Below, piece after piece: positions 36,910 through 45,151 of a stretch of DNA of 62,982 nt. Position 1 is the stretch's first letter, and each line of letters starts with the position of its first letter. Source of the DNA: a virus (lineage: Duplodnaviria; Caudoviricetes); IMG/VR virus record IMGVR_UViG_3300006169_000019, positions 1 to 62,982 of that record, one strand, 5' to 3'. The translations under genes and the position numbers were made by a program. The notes below the pieces were generated by a model. It had not been told where the DNA came from and ran no database searches. It worked only from the letters and a program-made list of their open reading frames with translations.

Positions 36910-36937
36910 GGCAGCGCGTCTCCTTGATGTCTCCGCG

Positions 36938-36966
36938 ATCCTGCCTGAACGCGAAGGAAAAAGAAA
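36938..36966 (-). promoter_or_regulatory. Early promoter copy 8
   Basis: TTTCTT-17-CAGGAT. Confidence 0.7.
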
Positions 36967-36972
36967 GCTGAA

Positions 36973-37185
36973 TTAGCCGGGGCCGCGCCAGCCGTCGTCG
37001 GTTGGCTTCGTGACCGGGACGGCGGTGCCGTTCGGCTTGTTGGCGTTGACCATCGCTTCCACGAGCGCGGCGACGCGGGCCAGGGTCTTGAAGGCCGCGC
37101 GCCGGTTGAGGAAGTTGTCCAGCACCAGGATCACGATGCCGACCACCTGGATGATGTTCAGCCAGACCAGAAGTGTGACGCTCAT
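36973..37185 (-). CDS. Small membrane protein
   Basis: N-terminal TM segment. Confidence 0.55.
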   Translation of the reverse strand: MSVTLLVWLNIIQVVGIVILVLDNFLNRRAAFKTLARVAALVEAMVNANKPNGTAVPVTKPTDDGWRGPG

Positions 37186-37370
37186 GAGGGCGCCTCCGGG
37201 GTTGTGATCTCCGTGACCTGGAGACCGTTCTTGGTGAATGCCGCCAGAGCCTTCAGGTTCAGGGCCACGGACACTTGAATGACTTGCGCTTCGGTCAGCG
37301 CCTTCGCGTCGGCGTCGGACACGCCCAGGCCGTCCAGCAGCTGCTTGCGAAGCGTCGCGTTAATTGCCAT
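37182..37370 (-). CDS. Hypothetical protein
   Basis: Coupled ORF. Confidence 0.5.
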   Translation of the reverse strand: MAINATLRKQLLDGLGVSDADAKALTEAQVIQVSVALNLKALAAFTKNGLQVTEITTPEAPS

Positions 37371-37746
37371 GCTTGAGTTCCTTCTCACCCATGTCCGTGC
37401 CCTCGTGGCCGTGGACGTGATCCTCGTAAGCGTCGGCCGCGGCGCGGAACCAGTCGGCCGTCCACCTACGGTTGGCAACCGTCATCAGGTCATGAGGGTT
37501 CGCCGTCACGGCCCAGCCCTGGAGGCACGCGAGGTCGCCCTCACGCGGAACGGCCTTGGCATCCTCGTGGCGCCACCGGCCGTAGCGAACGTCCGGCACC
37601 ATCTTGAGGCCGGAGCGCCGCACGTCCGCGACGATCTGGGTGGTGGCCATGGCTGCCGCCGTCTGGTCGGTGGCGAAGGGGGTGAGCGCCTTGAACACGG
37701 CGTTCCACAGCGGGTCGTTGAGTTCGCGGGTGGTGGGGCCGGTCAT
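37360..37746 (-). CDS. Hypothetical protein
   Basis: Coupled ORF. Confidence 0.55.
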   Translation of the reverse strand: MTGPTTRELNDPLWNAVFKALTPFATDQTAAAMATTQIVADVRRSGLKMVPDVRYGRWRHEDAKAVPREGDLACLQGWAVTANPHDLMTVANRRWTADWFRAAADAYEDHVHGHEGTDMGEKELKHGN

Positions 37747-38045
37747 GACAGTTCCTTCCGGAGGGATCGTAACACCGCGGCCACCTTGGCGTCGAGACGC
37801 GCCCGGCGCTCAAGGGATCGCAGCACGCGAGCCCGCGCCTTCCGGCTCAAGCCGTCATAGAGCGCAGCGACCATGATGTGCGTCACGTCGTCGGTGGTGA
37901 GCGGCGTGCCGTCCCAGACTGGTATGGGGCGCTCTTGCGGCCTGTACCGTGGAACGCACAAGGGCAGGCCGGTGCGGTCCTGCTCAGCGTAGGGCGGGTT
38001 GATAACCGGGCCGGGCGCGGGGCGCGGGTGGGGGATCACTTCCAT
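37743..38045 (-). CDS. Hypothetical protein
   Basis: Coupled ORF. Confidence 0.45.
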   Translation of the reverse strand: MEVIPHPRPAPGPVINPPYAEQDRTGLPLCVPRYRPQERPIPVWDGTPLTTDDVTHIMVAALYDGLSRKARARVLRSLERRARLDAKVAAVLRSLRKELS

Positions 38046-38320
38046 GTCACCCTCACTTCCTGACCGTTCTGGAGCTTCCAGACTTGGGTGAGGCCCCAGG
38101 GGTTGTACTGCGGCGGATCGTAGGAGGCAAACCACGGCCCGCGCTGGCCGAGCGCCACGCGCTCGCCTCCGGCCGTGTAGTGCTTGCCGATCAGCCGCGG
38201 GTGGCTCTCGTTGACCTCCCAGCAGTAGGCGATCACCTTGGAGTTGCGCAGCCGCTCACAGCCGTCCGCTTCAGCGCAGGCCGCGACGTGAGGGCAGGTG
38301 ATGCAGTGGACCCAAGTCAC
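38036..38320 (-). CDS. Hypothetical protein
   Basis: Cys cluster at the N-terminus; coupled. Confidence 0.45.
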   Translation of the reverse strand: MTWVHCITCPHVAACAEADGCERLRNSKVIAYCWEVNESHPRLIGKHYTAGGERVALGQRGPWFASYDPPQYNPWGLTQVWKLQNGQEVRVTWK

Positions 38321-38475
38321 GAGAGGATGCCGAGCTTGATGAGGCTGAACCACGTGAGGTTCATGAGACAGCCGACGTTGAAGAGGAAGGCCCAGCCGTG
38401 CTGGCCCCGGAGCTTGGACGTGTCGCCCATGATGCCGCAGCCGAACGCCGCGATGAGCAGTTCCGTCGTGTCCAT
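38317..38475 (-). CDS. Small membrane protein
   Basis: Hydrophobic, TGATG coupled. Confidence 0.45.
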   Translation of the reverse strand: MDTTELLIAAFGCGIMGDTSKLRGQHGWAFLFNVGCLMNLTWFSLIKLGILS

Positions 38476-38915
38476 CAGCGACGCCTCCGGCGAAGGGCGA
38501 ACAGGAGAGCCAGCGCCGCGATGACGGCGTAGGGTCCGGCTCCCCATATCATGTTGCCAACGTGGCGGCCCAGCGTCCACTCGATGCTGCGCTCAAACGT
38601 CCCGGCTTCGGCCGGGGTCGCCGTCGCGAGGATCAGGCCGACCACGATGAGGATGGCCACCACCCACGCCACCGCGTAGATCGCCAGCCGACGACGGGCG
38701 CGGCGCCGGGCGTGGGCTTCCTCTGGCGGAACCGCGGCCCAGCGGCGTTCCGGATCGTTCAGGAAGACGACGGCGCCGGTGGCCGGGTCGAGTTCCCAGG
38801 CGAGGGTCGCGTCATCTTCCCGCGGCGTGATGTCGTCCAGCGCGCCGCCGATGATCAGTTCATCCGGGTGCTCGATGTAGCGGCGGCCCCGGAGGTTGTT
38901 GCGGTCGTCAGGCAT
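38475..38915 (-). CDS. Membrane protein
   Basis: Two TM segments; aaggagac RBS. Confidence 0.6.
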   Translation of the reverse strand: MPDDRNNLRGRRYIEHPDELIIGGALDDITPREDDATLAWELDPATGAVVFLNDPERRWAAVPPEEAHARRRARRRLAIYAVAWVVAILIVVGLILATATPAEAGTFERSIEWTLGRHVGNMIWGAGPYAVIAALALLFALRRRRR

Positions 38916-38938
38916 TGGTGTCTCCTTGATGCGGCCTG

Positions 38939-38967
38939 ATTCTGCCTGAAAGGTGAAGAGAAAGAAA
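38939..38967 (-). promoter_or_regulatory. Early promoter copy 9
   Basis: TTTCTT-17-CAGAAT. Confidence 0.7.
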
Positions 38968-38970
38968 GCC

Positions 38971-39555
38971 CTAAACGTCGATGCTGAGGCCGTCCTTGGC
39001 CTCTTCGGCGAGGTCTTCAGGGTCGTGTTCGAGCCCGGAGCCGTCGCAGTGCGAGCAGTCGGCCGGTTCCTCTTCGTCGCCGTCCTCACCCTCTTCGTCG
39101 GCGTCTTCCTTGCCCTCGCCGCCGCACTCGCTGCAGGCTTCGGTCAGCTTGGTCTCCCACTCGCTGGCCGCCTCTTCGATCTTGCCTTCAAGCTCTTCCA
39201 GCGCGTCGATGCGCTCTTGGAGCATCTGGCCGGTGTCGCCCTGCTGCAGCGCCTCCGGCATGTTGCCCAGCGAGCCCTGGACCTCATCCTTGAGGCTCTG
39301 GACTTCCTCAGCGACGGCGCGGAGGGCGTCCGGATCGTCGGCCGCGGCAATCGAGTTCTCGATGCTGATGACGGCGAGCTTCCAGGGGTTCCGCGTCAGC
39401 TGCTCCGGCTTCGGATAGGTCTTGCTGCGGAAGGTCGTGCCGCCAGCGCGCGGGCTCCCGCTGTTGCGCAGCGACCACTTGTAGTAGGTGTCGCCTTTCT
39501 TGATGCCTTCCTTCTCGTAGTCCTTGCGGGCGGTGTGGGTCGTGACCTTCGGCAT
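38971..39555 (-). CDS. Acidic protein with CxxCxGxG Zn motifs
   Basis: ARKDY...IKKGD.YY.W; NMPE.LQ; CSECGGEG / CSHCDGSG. Confidence 0.7.
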   Translation of the reverse strand: MPKVTTHTARKDYEKEGIKKGDTYYKWSLRNSGSPRAGGTTFRSKTYPKPEQLTRNPWKLAVISIENSIAAADDPDALRAVAEEVQSLKDEVQGSLGNMPEALQQGDTGQMLQERIDALEELEGKIEEAASEWETKLTEACSECGGEGKEDADEEGEDGDEEEPADCSHCDGSGLEHDPEDLAEEAKDGLSIDV

Positions 39556-39564
39556 GATGTCCTC

Positions 39565-39825
39565 TCAGAACCAGAACTGGTTCTTGGCTTGATACTCGCT
39601 GATGACGCCTTCGTCCAGCAGCCGGGCGAGCGTCGCGGCCTGGGCGTTGTTCGGTTCGGGGCCGTAGAGCCCCTGCTTGGTGACGCGGACCCACCGGCGC
39701 TCCGCTTTCTGGACCGGGAGGCCCAGGCGCTCCGCCAGGGCGTCGTGGCCCCACTCTTCGTCGCACGTGTGCCAGGCCCCGTCAGTCAGGACCCAGCCGC
39801 ACGTCGCGGGCTTGCTCAACCCCAT
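39565..39825 (-). CDS. Hypothetical protein
   Basis: GW...DG.WH.C....H...A pattern. Confidence 0.55.
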   Translation of the reverse strand: MGLSKPATCGWVLTDGAWHTCDEEWGHDALAERLGLPVQKAERRWVRVTKQGLYGPEPNNAQAATLARLLDEGVISEYQAKNQFWF

Positions 39826-39829
39826 CCCC

Positions 39830-41353
39830 CTACTCCACGAAATTGACGGTGGCCATCGCGCGAGTGTACGCCACGTAGGCCAGATTTTCTTCCTGCGCCA
39901 TCTGCCACGCTTGCTTCGCGGCCCGCGACGGGCAACGGGCGGCGTGCTCCCAGAGGTACACGTTCTGCCACTCGCGGCCCTTGGAGCGGTGGTAGGTGCA
40001 CAGCGTCAGGACGCCCTTCACGTCGTCGGCGAAGAGGTCGTTGATGAAGTTGATCACATCGCTGACGTTCGTGAGACCCTTGGCGTTGACCGCGATGACG
40101 ATCTGGCGGAGGGTTTCGCACTTGTCCACGACGGCTTCGGCCTTCTCTTCCTGGCCCTTGGCCATGGCCTTCTGCACTTCGCGCTCTTGGTAGTCGTTGA
40201 GGCGGTTCAGCAGCGCGTCGGTGGTCTTGATCTTCCAGCGGCGGCACAGCGCGATCAGGCCTTCACCGATCTGGCGGCCCTCGACCTTGCACGGCACGCC
40301 GGAGCGGATCAGGCGGTAGGCCGTCTCGATCAGCGGCGCGGTGTTCCGGCAGAGGATCGCGTCATGCTGGGTCAGGTTCTTTGCGTTGTCATCGAACTGC
40401 TGACGGGTGATCCGGTTGACCGCGCCTTCGGGTGCCGCGTCGGCCGCCTGAATGTCGGGAACCTTCGTCTGGGCTAGCGCCACCACCGCCTTCGGGCAGC
40501 GCCACGTGACGGACAGCGGCAGCACGGTGGCGTTCAGGGACTTGGTGAGGTTCTCCAGGGCCGCCGCGTCGGCGCCGCTGAAGCCGTAGATGGCCTGACG
40601 GTCGTCACCCACCACGATCATCCGGCCGCCCGGATAGCGCAGGAACTTCTTGGCCAGGGCTTGGCGGGTCCGGCTCAGGTCTTGCGCCTCGTCCAGGTAG
40701 ATGTAGTCCTTGGTGAACTTGGTGCGGAGGTTCTTGACCAGCGGGAACAGGATCATGTCATCGAAGTCCACCGACTTCGTGTCAGCGAGGCTCCGGCGAT
40801 ATACGTTCTGGGCGCAGGCCACGATGGCCTCCATCTCGCTGGTCTCGTCCAGGCCGTTGATGTCGAAGTGGTCGGCCATGTCGTACCACGCTTGCGCGTT
40901 CTCGATGGCGAGGTCAGGGAAGAACCCAAACCCGGCCTGCTTCGCGTAGCGGACCAGCGCGGCGATCTGGTTGGGATAGTCGCGGGCCACGTCATCGTTC
41001 ATGGTCTCGATGATCTGCGGCACTTTCTTGTCGTTGATGGCTTCGTTGCCGAGGCGGAAGGCGAAGCGGATCAGGCCCCAGCCGAGCGAGTGCATCGTGG
41101 ACGCCTGGACCTGCCGCCAGTCATAACCGGCTTTCTTGAGCTTGCCGCCCATCTCGTCAGCGATGGCCTTGTTGTAGGCGCAGACCAGCTGCTCAGCGCG
41201 GGGCTCGACCTTCGCGACGGCGGCCACGCCCAGGAGGATCGTGGACGACTTGCCGCACCCGGCGCGAGCGATAAGCGCGAGGTGGGAAGTGGTGGTGGTC
41301 AGCGCGGTGAGGAAGGCTTCTTGCTGGACGGTGGGGGCGAAGTCGGTGTTCAC
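39830..41353 (-). CDS. UvrD/Rep-like SF1 helicase
   Basis: ARAGCGKS, DEAQD, VGDDRQAIY, RCP, TYHRSKGREW, YVAYTRA. Confidence 0.92.
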   Translation of the reverse strand: MNTDFAPTVQQEAFLTALTTTTSHLALIARAGCGKSSTILLGVAAVAKVEPRAEQLVCAYNKAIADEMGGKLKKAGYDWRQVQASTMHSLGWGLIRFAFRLGNEAINDKKVPQIIETMNDDVARDYPNQIAALVRYAKQAGFGFFPDLAIENAQAWYDMADHFDINGLDETSEMEAIVACAQNVYRRSLADTKSVDFDDMILFPLVKNLRTKFTKDYIYLDEAQDLSRTRQALAKKFLRYPGGRMIVVGDDRQAIYGFSGADAAALENLTKSLNATVLPLSVTWRCPKAVVALAQTKVPDIQAADAAPEGAVNRITRQQFDDNAKNLTQHDAILCRNTAPLIETAYRLIRSGVPCKVEGRQIGEGLIALCRRWKIKTTDALLNRLNDYQEREVQKAMAKGQEEKAEAVVDKCETLRQIVIAVNAKGLTNVSDVINFINDLFADDVKGVLTLCTYHRSKGREWQNVYLWEHAARCPSRAAKQAWQMAQEENLAYVAYTRAMATVNFVE

Positions 41354-41376
41354 GGCGGGTCTCCTTTGATAGCGCT

Positions 41377-41405
41377 ATTCTGCCTGATGTCCGGAGAAAA
41401 AGAAA
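41377..41405 (-). promoter_or_regulatory. Early promoter copy 10
   Basis: TTTCTT-17-CAGAAT. Confidence 0.7.
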
Positions 41406-41429
41406 CACCTTTCTTCGCCCCTGGCTCCG

Positions 41430-41666
41430 TCAGCCCTCCGTCCAGTTGGGAGGCGGCCGATGCCCTTGAATCAGGCACCCGGCGTTGCTGAAGATGCCGC
41501 CGTCAGGGAGCTTCGCGGCCAGCTGGCTCGCCGCCCTCATCGTGTGAGTGTTGTGGGCGTAGTTGTAGCCCTCCGCCACGCGATCCTCCCGCGTGCCGAA
41601 GATGTGGTACTGGCCCTGGGCGCCGCGCTCCTTGGCCTTCTTGATGCGGTCGATGATCTTGGGCAT
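41430..41666 (-). CDS. Hypothetical protein
   Basis: ORF abutting the upstream stop. Confidence 0.55.
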   Translation of the reverse strand: MPKIIDRIKKAKERGAQGQYHIFGTREDRVAEGYNYAHNTHTMRAASQLAAKLPDGGIFSNAGCLIQGHRPPPNWTEG

Positions 41667-42245
41667 TCACTTGATCCTCTTGATGGTCTTGCGGCCGACT
41701 TCGTCAACCTGGGTGATCTTGTACTCACGCTCCGGGTGGTGCTTGGAAACGTAGCTGCCTTTCTTGATGAGCCGGTTCGTCGGGATGGCGCCCACCACCA
41801 GTTCCTGGCCGGGCCGGAGTGCCACAACCTTCCGCGTCAACGGCGTCATGAAGCGGCCCCGGCGCCCTTCCCGCTCCGGAGGGAAGTGCATGGCGTAGTA
41901 CGGCTGGCCGGTGGGGCTGTAGCGCGTCACCTTGATCTCTTGGGCGACGGCCATGAGGTACAGCGCGGCGTCCGCGGCCGGTTTCCCGGCCTTCTGGGCG
42001 ATCCGGTATGGCGCCACCTCTTCGCCCCTCTCTAGCGTGGCCTCAATGGCCGCTCGCGCCTCTTCCAGCCGTGGCGTGGCCCGGAGTGCTGCGAGGTCGG
42101 CGCGGAGCCTCGCGCGCTCGCGCTGTGAGTCCGTCACCGGGGTCTCCGGATCGTTCGCCCCTCGCCGGAGGGCTTCGAACATGCGGAGGAACTTGTTGTT
42201 GGCCCGGTCCACCGAGCGGCTGGCGTGGGGGTCGTAGAGCGTCAT
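41667..42245 (-). CDS. Basic hypothetical protein, possibly DNA-binding
   Basis: First gene of the leftward arm; start uncertain. Confidence 0.55.
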   Translation of the reverse strand: MTLYDPHASRSVDRANNKFLRMFEALRRGANDPETPVTDSQRERARLRADLAALRATPRLEEARAAIEATLERGEEVAPYRIAQKAGKPAADAALYLMAVAQEIKVTRYSPTGQPYYAMHFPPEREGRRGRFMTPLTRKVVALRPGQELVVGAIPTNRLIKKGSYVSKHHPEREYKITQVDEVGRKTIKRIK

Positions 42246-42720
42246 GGGAAGAGTAGAACCCGAAACCGAACGAATTGGCGACAGTTTTCTTCTGGTCAAA
42301 CTCGACGGAGTTCTGACAGAGGGCAAGTTGACCCGGTGCGAGGGTCGTGGTCCGTTGGTCGCAGACCGTTCACTTTGGTGCAGTCCACTCGATCAGCTAA
42401 CCCACCACCAGGACTGGAGAAATCCGGAGGAAGGTCAGGGAAACTGAACGTAGGTTTCTTTATACTCCCTTTAAACGATAGACTCACACAGAGGGAAAAG
42501 GGAGAGTGAAGAGTTAAGAGGTTTAGGGCGAGCACTTGGCGATGACGGTTCGATTTCCGGCGTTTCGGCCCCGGCTTCCCTCTGGTGGTGGGTTCAGGCA
42601 GAATAGGCGGCGAGAACTGAAGCTGTTGCCCGGCCGTTTGCTGAGCAGTGGTTGGTTGGTCGCCCGGAGTTACTTGTGTCACACACTGACGGTTCTGAAC
42701 CTGATGACGAATGGGACGGC

Positions 42721-43266
42721 ATGGGGTTCCCGCAACCGGCCGTTCCGTGGTACCTCGCTCGCACCACCAAGGGCATTCCCGATCCGGAGGCCGGACCCGG
42801 CATGTTTGGGTCTGTGGGGCGCCCGCGGCGCTTCCCGACGCCGGACGATCTGCTGGCGGCCTGTGTGGAGTACTTTGAGTGGAATGAGCAGAACCCGCTC
42901 TGGGAGGTTCAGGCGTTCTCCAGCAAGGACGGCATCCGCAAGGCGACTGTCCCGCGGGTGAGGGCGATGACGCTCACGGCGCTCTACAGCTTCCTCGATA
43001 TCGACCGAACGACGTGGGATGCGTATCGCAAGCGTCAGGAGTTTTCCACCATCTGCACGCGCGTGGAAGAGTTGATCCGTGATCAGAAGTTCCAAGGCGC
43101 GGCGGCCGGGTTCCTGAATGCGTCGATCATCGCACGCGATCTGGGGCTTGCGGACAAGAAGGAACTGAGCGGCCCCGGTGGGCGCCCGGTCCAGGTCCAA
43201 GATGGCATGACCGCGAAGGAAGCTGCGGAAGCCTATGAACAATCGCTCAAGGAGGGCGAAGAATGA
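42721..43266 (+). CDS. terS: Terminase small subunit (P22 gp3-like)
   Basis: GRP..F.TP..L...C.EYFEW...NPL, RAMT, QKF.GAAAG.LNA.IIARDLGLADK; start may lie further upstream. Confidence 0.9.
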   Translation: MGFPQPAVPWYLARTTKGIPDPEAGPGMFGSVGRPRRFPTPDDLLAACVEYFEWNEQNPLWEVQAFSSKDGIRKATVPRVRAMTLTALYSFLDIDRTTWDAYRKRQEFSTICTRVEELIRDQKFQGAAAGFLNASIIARDLGLADKKELSGPGGRPVQVQDGMTAKEAAEAYEQSLKEGEE

Positions 43267-43430
43267 TCGAAGTCGTTGTGCGGGCTCGTGGCCAGGACGC
43301 CCACGTCAAGATCACGCACCCGGATGGGTCCACCGAGGACACCGACGTGGTGGCGGCGAACTCGTCAGGTCTCGTGACCAGGACGTTCGTCATTGACGAT
43401 GACGACACTTTCGAGGTCACCGGCCCGTAA
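43263..43430 (+). CDS. Small hypothetical protein
   Basis: 55-aa ORF (MIEVVVRA...) with RBS between terS and terL. Confidence 0.55.
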   Translation: MIEVVVRARGQDAHVKITHPDGSTEDTDVVAANSSGLVTRTFVIDDDDTFEVTGP

Positions 43431-43433
43431 CCT

Positions 43434-45140
43434 ATGGCTGACGGCAATGTCCATCTGACGAAGGAACCGTGGCCGCCTGACTATGTTCAGGTGTTCGCCA
43501 CGCGTCAGAAGCGTCTTGCCAAGTTGCGCGCCAATGTCGAGGGCGCGAAGGCGTACTACAGCACTCACCCGGTGGAGTTCATTGACCACTGGGGCATGAC
43601 GTTCGATCCGCGCAACATTGGGCGGCCGGACCTTCTCACCAAGATGCCGTTTGTCCAGTTCAATCGGCAGAAGGATTTGATCAACTTCCTCTGGGCGTGC
43701 GTCCAGCAGCAAGGTGACGGCCTCATCGAGAAGGCCCGCGACATGGGCGCCACGTGGGACTGCGTGGGCTTCTCCGTCTGGTTGTGGTTGTCCCACGACG
43801 GCTCCGCGGTGGGGTGGGGATCGCGCAAGCAGGAGCTTGTGGACCGTCTGGGCGACGTGTCGAGCATCTTTGAGAAGTTGCGCGTGTTCATCCGGGCGCT
43901 GCCAAAGGAGCTTCTGCCGGAGGGCTTCGACAAGGGCACGCACATGCCCTTCATGCGCATCCTGAACCCGGCGAACGGGAACAGCATCACTGGCGAAGTC
44001 GGTGACAACATCGGGCGCGGCGGCCGGACCTCCATCTACTTCAAGGATGAGAGCGCGCACTACGAGCGGCCGGAGAACATTGAAGCGGCGCTTGGCGACA
44101 ACACCAATGTCCAGATCGACATCAGTTCGGTCAACGGCCTGGGCAACGTGTTCTATCGGCGCCGGAAGGCGGGCAAGATTTGGGCACCCGGCGAGACCCT
44201 GGCGAAGGATCGGGCCAACGTCTTCATCATGGACTGGCGCGACCACCCGGCCAAGACGCAGGAGTGGTACGACAACCGGCGCCGGAAGGCTGAGAACGAA
44301 GGGCTGCTGCATAAGTTTGCCCAGGAGGTTGACCGCAACTACGCTGCCGCGGTCACCGGGTCCATCATCCCGCTCCATCACCTCCAGGCCTGCGTAGATG
44401 CGCACCTGAAGCTGGGCATCGTGGACGCGGAGGCCGGGCCGTGGGGTGGGGCTCTGGACGTTGCCGACAACTCCGGCGACGGCGACCTGAACGCCCTCGC
44501 CATGCGCAAGGGGATCGTGCTCAAGTACGTGGAAGACTGGGGTGAGCGGGACGTGGGCGTCACCACCCGGCGAGCGATCCGCGCATGTATGGGCAAGGGC
44601 CGCCTTGAGCTTCAGTATGACTCCGTGGGCGTGGGTTCGTCGGTCAAAGCCGAGTACAACCGGCTCAAGGATGACGACGCGAACCCGGATGACGACTTTG
44701 TGATGCCTCCGGGGCTCCAGCTGGTGCCTTGGGACGCCGGGCGCGGCCCGCTCCGGCCGAAGGCGCGCGTGATTGAGGGCGACGTTGAGAGCCCGCGCAA
44801 TGAGGACTTCTACGAGAACATCAAGGCCCAGGGCTGGTGGGAGCTTCGGCTGCGGGCTGAACGGACCTTCCGCGCACTCACGGAACCGGGTTACACTTGG
44901 AACGTGGAAGACCTGATCAGCTTCAGTTCAGAAATCCCGCGCCACGTACTGGATAAGCTGTTGGAAGAACTTGCGCAACCGACCTACGGATACTCAAAGC
45001 GGCTGCGCCTGCTCGTGAACAAGACGCCGGAAGGCACGAAGTCACCGAACCTTGGTGACTCTGTCATGATGGCTTTCTGGCCGGTCCCGGCTCCGCAGTC
45101 GCCCGTCGCTGCGGTCGGTGCCTATGGCGCTTCGGTGTAG
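43434..45140 (+). CDS. terL: Terminase large subunit
   Basis: EKARDMGATW, GRGGR...FKDESA, LDVA...D, SPNLGD. Confidence 0.93.
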   Translation: MADGNVHLTKEPWPPDYVQVFATRQKRLAKLRANVEGAKAYYSTHPVEFIDHWGMTFDPRNIGRPDLLTKMPFVQFNRQKDLINFLWACVQQQGDGLIEKARDMGATWDCVGFSVWLWLSHDGSAVGWGSRKQELVDRLGDVSSIFEKLRVFIRALPKELLPEGFDKGTHMPFMRILNPANGNSITGEVGDNIGRGGRTSIYFKDESAHYERPENIEAALGDNTNVQIDISSVNGLGNVFYRRRKAGKIWAPGETLAKDRANVFIMDWRDHPAKTQEWYDNRRRKAENEGLLHKFAQEVDRNYAAAVTGSIIPLHHLQACVDAHLKLGIVDAEAGPWGGALDVADNSGDGDLNALAMRKGIVLKYVEDWGERDVGVTTRRAIRACMGKGRLELQYDSVGVGSSVKAEYNRLKDDDANPDDDFVMPPGLQLVPWDAGRGPLRPKARVIEGDVESPRNEDFYENIKAQGWWELRLRAERTFRALTEPGYTWNVEDLISFSSEIPRHVLDKLLEELAQPTYGYSKRLRLLVNKTPEGTKSPNLGDSVMMAFWPVPAPQSPVAAVGAYGASV

Positions 45141-45151
45141 GAGACTGACAG

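Noticed and set aside
5502-41405. Repeated GAAAAAGAAACACC motif as a CRISPR, iteron or att repeat
   Set aside because: Copies are dispersed, co-oriented and at fixed spacing from -10-like hexamers and RBSs, which fits promoters
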